From: a virus
Lineage: Duplodnaviria; Caudoviricetes
Virus record (IMG/VR): IMGVR_UViG_3300047550_001473
Span: 1-37,156 of that record
Length of the DNA: 37,156 bases
Reading direction: 5' to 3' (one strand)
Position numbers and translations under genes: made by a program. The stretch's first letter is position 1. The number at the start of each line of letters is the position of its first letter. Shown here one piece after another: positions 34,823 through 37,156 of this stretch. Below the pieces are notes generated by a model that worked only from the letters and a program-made list of their open reading frames with translations, made no database searches and had not been told where the DNA came from.

Positions 34823-37045
34823 ATGACACTACAAGAAACAAAAGAGATGAGCAACAGCGCGAGTTATACGATGTCGCTTGCGTTTGCCGGTGGCGGGTTC
34901 AAGGACACAACACTCGTGCCGCGCAGATATACGCTCGCTGCGTTGAGCGACAGATTAAAGCATGTGCGTGTTGGTCCAAAGGACGGGTCATACCTTATCC
35001 GTGGTGGCGATCTCTCAATCTGCAAAAGATCTGACGAGAACCTGCAATCAGCGGAACTGATTATCCTTGATGGCGACTCGTCAATCGATCCAGAGACAGG
35101 TGAGATATTAACCGGCGCACCGTCATTCCATACCGTGCATGAAGCGCTGAAGGAGATGAACGTCGCGCACATCATGCACACGAGCCACAGCAATCGTGGA
35201 TCTGATGGCGTTGTATCGTTCTGGAAATACAGAATCCTCATCCCTTGCAAGATGCAGTCGCAAGAGGAACTGACCGCTGCTGTCGATTACTTTATCGCAG
35301 AACTTCATAAGCGTCAGATTTGGATTAACGGTGTGAACGAGAACTACCGCTGGTCGCAGCCGTGGTTTCTCCCGCGCGTCAGCAAAGAAGAAGAGCGTGA
35401 ACGCTTTGTCCATCGCGATCATCTCGACGGATATATCTTCAACATCGATACCGCCGTCTCTTGGCAGCGCGAGACTGAACAGCAAAACCAAATCATCGAC
35501 CAGATCAAGAATACCGAAGCAGCCGCACCGCCGGTGACGAGCACCACGATCTCGCAATTCAATGAGCAGCACGGTCTCGAATGGATGCGAGCCACTCTTG
35601 CCTCGATGGGTTATCGCTTCAGCCATTACGATAAGCGGAACGACGCATACCGATACCTTGCGCCAACGAGTCAGACCGGCGCGGCAGGAGTGATGCTGTT
35701 TAAGGGAAGCCGCGGCGACTGGGTCACTTACTCGCATCACGGGGCGCATGACATCCTGTCTCAGAAAGTGGTGGACCCGTTCGCTTTATACGCAATAGCA
35801 AATTTTTCTGGGGATAACTCTGCCGCCGTCCGGTCGCTTCAGCCACGAGAAAAGAGCATCACGGAACAGCTATCGGAAATCCGTAGCCACAATGTAGCTA
35901 CAGACACCACCGTTTCCGGTAACAGCGACACCCTGTCTCCTGCCCCCAAGAAGCGTATCGAGATTCTGCGCATGGACGAGCTGAAGGACGAGGCAGTCCA
36001 GTGGCTCATCGAGGATCTCGTGCCAGCCAAAGCGTTCGCGGCGATCTACGGGAAGCCCGGCAGCTTCAAGTCATTCGTTGCCATATACCTATCCCAGATG
36101 ATCGCCGCGGGGCAGCCAGCATTCGGAAAGCCGACCGCGCAAGGGACATGCCTATACATTGCAGGGGAAGGCCAAGCAGGGCTGAAGAAGCGCTCGGACG
36201 CGTCACGCATCACGCATGAGATAGAGCCGTCTGTGCCTCTCTATTTCATCAAGCGAAGTCTGAATCTCAGCTCGACGCTGGAAGACATGCAAGAGCTTAT
36301 CAAAGAGATCCGCGAACTCGGCATCGCGCCATCGCTCATCGTCGTGGATACGCTCGCCCGTAACTTTGTCGGGGACGAGAACAGCTCAAGCGATATGAGC
36401 CAATTCATTGCGGTGATCGGTGAGCTGATCGCGCAGCTCGGATGCACGGTGTTGGTGGTCCACCACGCCGGTAAGGACGAGTCAAAAGGGATGCGTGGCT
36501 CATCAGCGCTCCTCGGTGCTGTGGACGCGGAACTCGAATGCGTGCGCACATCAGACGAGGAAGACCGCGAGCACCTGACCGGAAAGCTGACCACGACAAA
36601 GCAGAAGGAAAGCGAAGACGGGATCGAGTTTCACTTCGAAATGGTCAAGGTTTTAACCGACCCAGTAGACCCGAACATCGTATCACTAGGGCTTAAACCC
36701 AGTGAGAAACAGCTCAGCAAAAAGAGACAGAAAAAGCAGCTCTCAGAGAGCGAAATTTTCACCCTAGAAGCCTTTGACCTAGCGGTCTCAGAAGTCGGGA
36801 AGCGCTATGGAACACCCGGAATACCGCCGGATAAACTGTGTATCAGACGCGCTGACTGGTTAGCGTATTTCCGACATTTGTGTGCTGGAGACGACAAATT
36901 CAGCGAAAGAACGTACCAAAGAGCGGCTGCGTCGCTCAGTATGGCAAAAATCATAGCCGCCAAGGGCGACGTTTTATGGAAAACAGAGCAACATCAACAT
37001 GTTACAGAAAAACCCGACAAGCCGACATTGCCCGACATGTCGTAG
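34823..37045 (+). CDS. Primase-helicase (prim-pol-like N-terminus plus AAA_25/RepA-like helicase)
   Basis: LDGD, HTSHS, YRILIP; Walker A GKPGSFKS, LIVVDT, VHHAGKD...MRGSSAL. Confidence 0.88.
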   Translation: MTLQETKEMSNSASYTMSLAFAGGGFKDTTLVPRRYTLAALSDRLKHVRVGPKDGSYLIRGGDLSICKRSDENLQSAELIILDGDSSIDPETGEILTGAPSFHTVHEALKEMNVAHIMHTSHSNRGSDGVVSFWKYRILIPCKMQSQEELTAAVDYFIAELHKRQIWINGVNENYRWSQPWFLPRVSKEEERERFVHRDHLDGYIFNIDTAVSWQRETEQQNQIIDQIKNTEAAAPPVTSTTISQFNEQHGLEWMRATLASMGYRFSHYDKRNDAYRYLAPTSQTGAAGVMLFKGSRGDWVTYSHHGAHDILSQKVVDPFALYAIANFSGDNSAAVRSLQPREKSITEQLSEIRSHNVATDTTVSGNSDTLSPAPKKRIEILRMDELKDEAVQWLIEDLVPAKAFAAIYGKPGSFKSFVAIYLSQMIAAGQPAFGKPTAQGTCLYIAGEGQAGLKKRSDASRITHEIEPSVPLYFIKRSLNLSSTLEDMQELIKEIRELGIAPSLIVVDTLARNFVGDENSSSDMSQFIAVIGELIAQLGCTVLVVHHAGKDESKGMRGSSALLGAVDAELECVRTSDEEDREHLTGKLTTTKQKESEDGIEFHFEMVKVLTDPVDPNIVSLGLKPSEKQLSKKRQKKQLSESEIFTLEAFDLAVSEVGKRYGTPGIPPDKLCIRRADWLAYFRHLCAGDDKFSERTYQRAAASLSMAKIIAAKGDVLWKTEQHQHVTEKPDKPTLPDMS

Positions 37046-37156
37046 TATGTCGTTTCTGGACACGACACGAGGCGACATGTCGGGTGGGGTATACCCCTTT
37101 AGGGGTATCCCACAATGTCGCTTCGGGTGTCGGCTGGTTCTGTCGGTGTAAGTTTG
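37013..37156. other. Putative replication origin with CGACA/TGTCG iterons and nested palindromes
   Basis: About ten CGACA/TGTCG copies, two CGACATGTCG palindromes, GGGGTATACCCC and a TACCCCT-TT-AGGGGTA hairpin at the end of the primase-helicase gene. Confidence 0.6.

Noticed and set aside
5249-36599. Many minus-strand and alternate-frame ORFs in the ORF track
   Set aside because: They are shadows of well-supported, tightly coupled + strand genes and have no recognisable motifs
37031-37156. Physical direct terminal repeat of the virion
   Set aside because: 126 bp is consistent with an assembler k-mer overlap; it shows circularity, not termini

Overview
An apparently complete 37,011-bp tailed dsDNA phage genome. 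The last 126 bp (37031-37156) repeat 20-145, so the contig closes into a circle. The morphogenesis genes are podovirus-type: TerS, TerL, a P22-like portal, scaffold, major capsid, adaptor, fibres, nozzle and four ejection proteins. There is a holin/GH108 lysis module and a replication operon (DnaA-C HTH protein, RecE-like nuclease, XRE HTH, RuvC-like resolvase, putative SSB, primase-helicase) that ends at an iteron-rich putative origin. I saw no DNA/RNA polymerase, integrase or tRNA. A CTTGAC-N18-CTATAT promoter suggests an alphaproteobacterial host (inference). The most notable signals are non-coding. (1) Two arrays of YGTCA-N6-TGACR palindromes bracket the only minus-strand cassette plus terS and sit next to a small serine recombinase. 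(2) An ~80-nt two-hairpin sRNA candidate has its own promoter and terminator, and its loops are complementary to the leaders of the first replication-operon gene and of the primase-helicase. (3) Tandem ACA(C/A)GGA motifs lie at the starts of early genes. (4) The contig's 5' end looks like a flipped origin segment. All family calls are by-eye motif recognition, not database searches.
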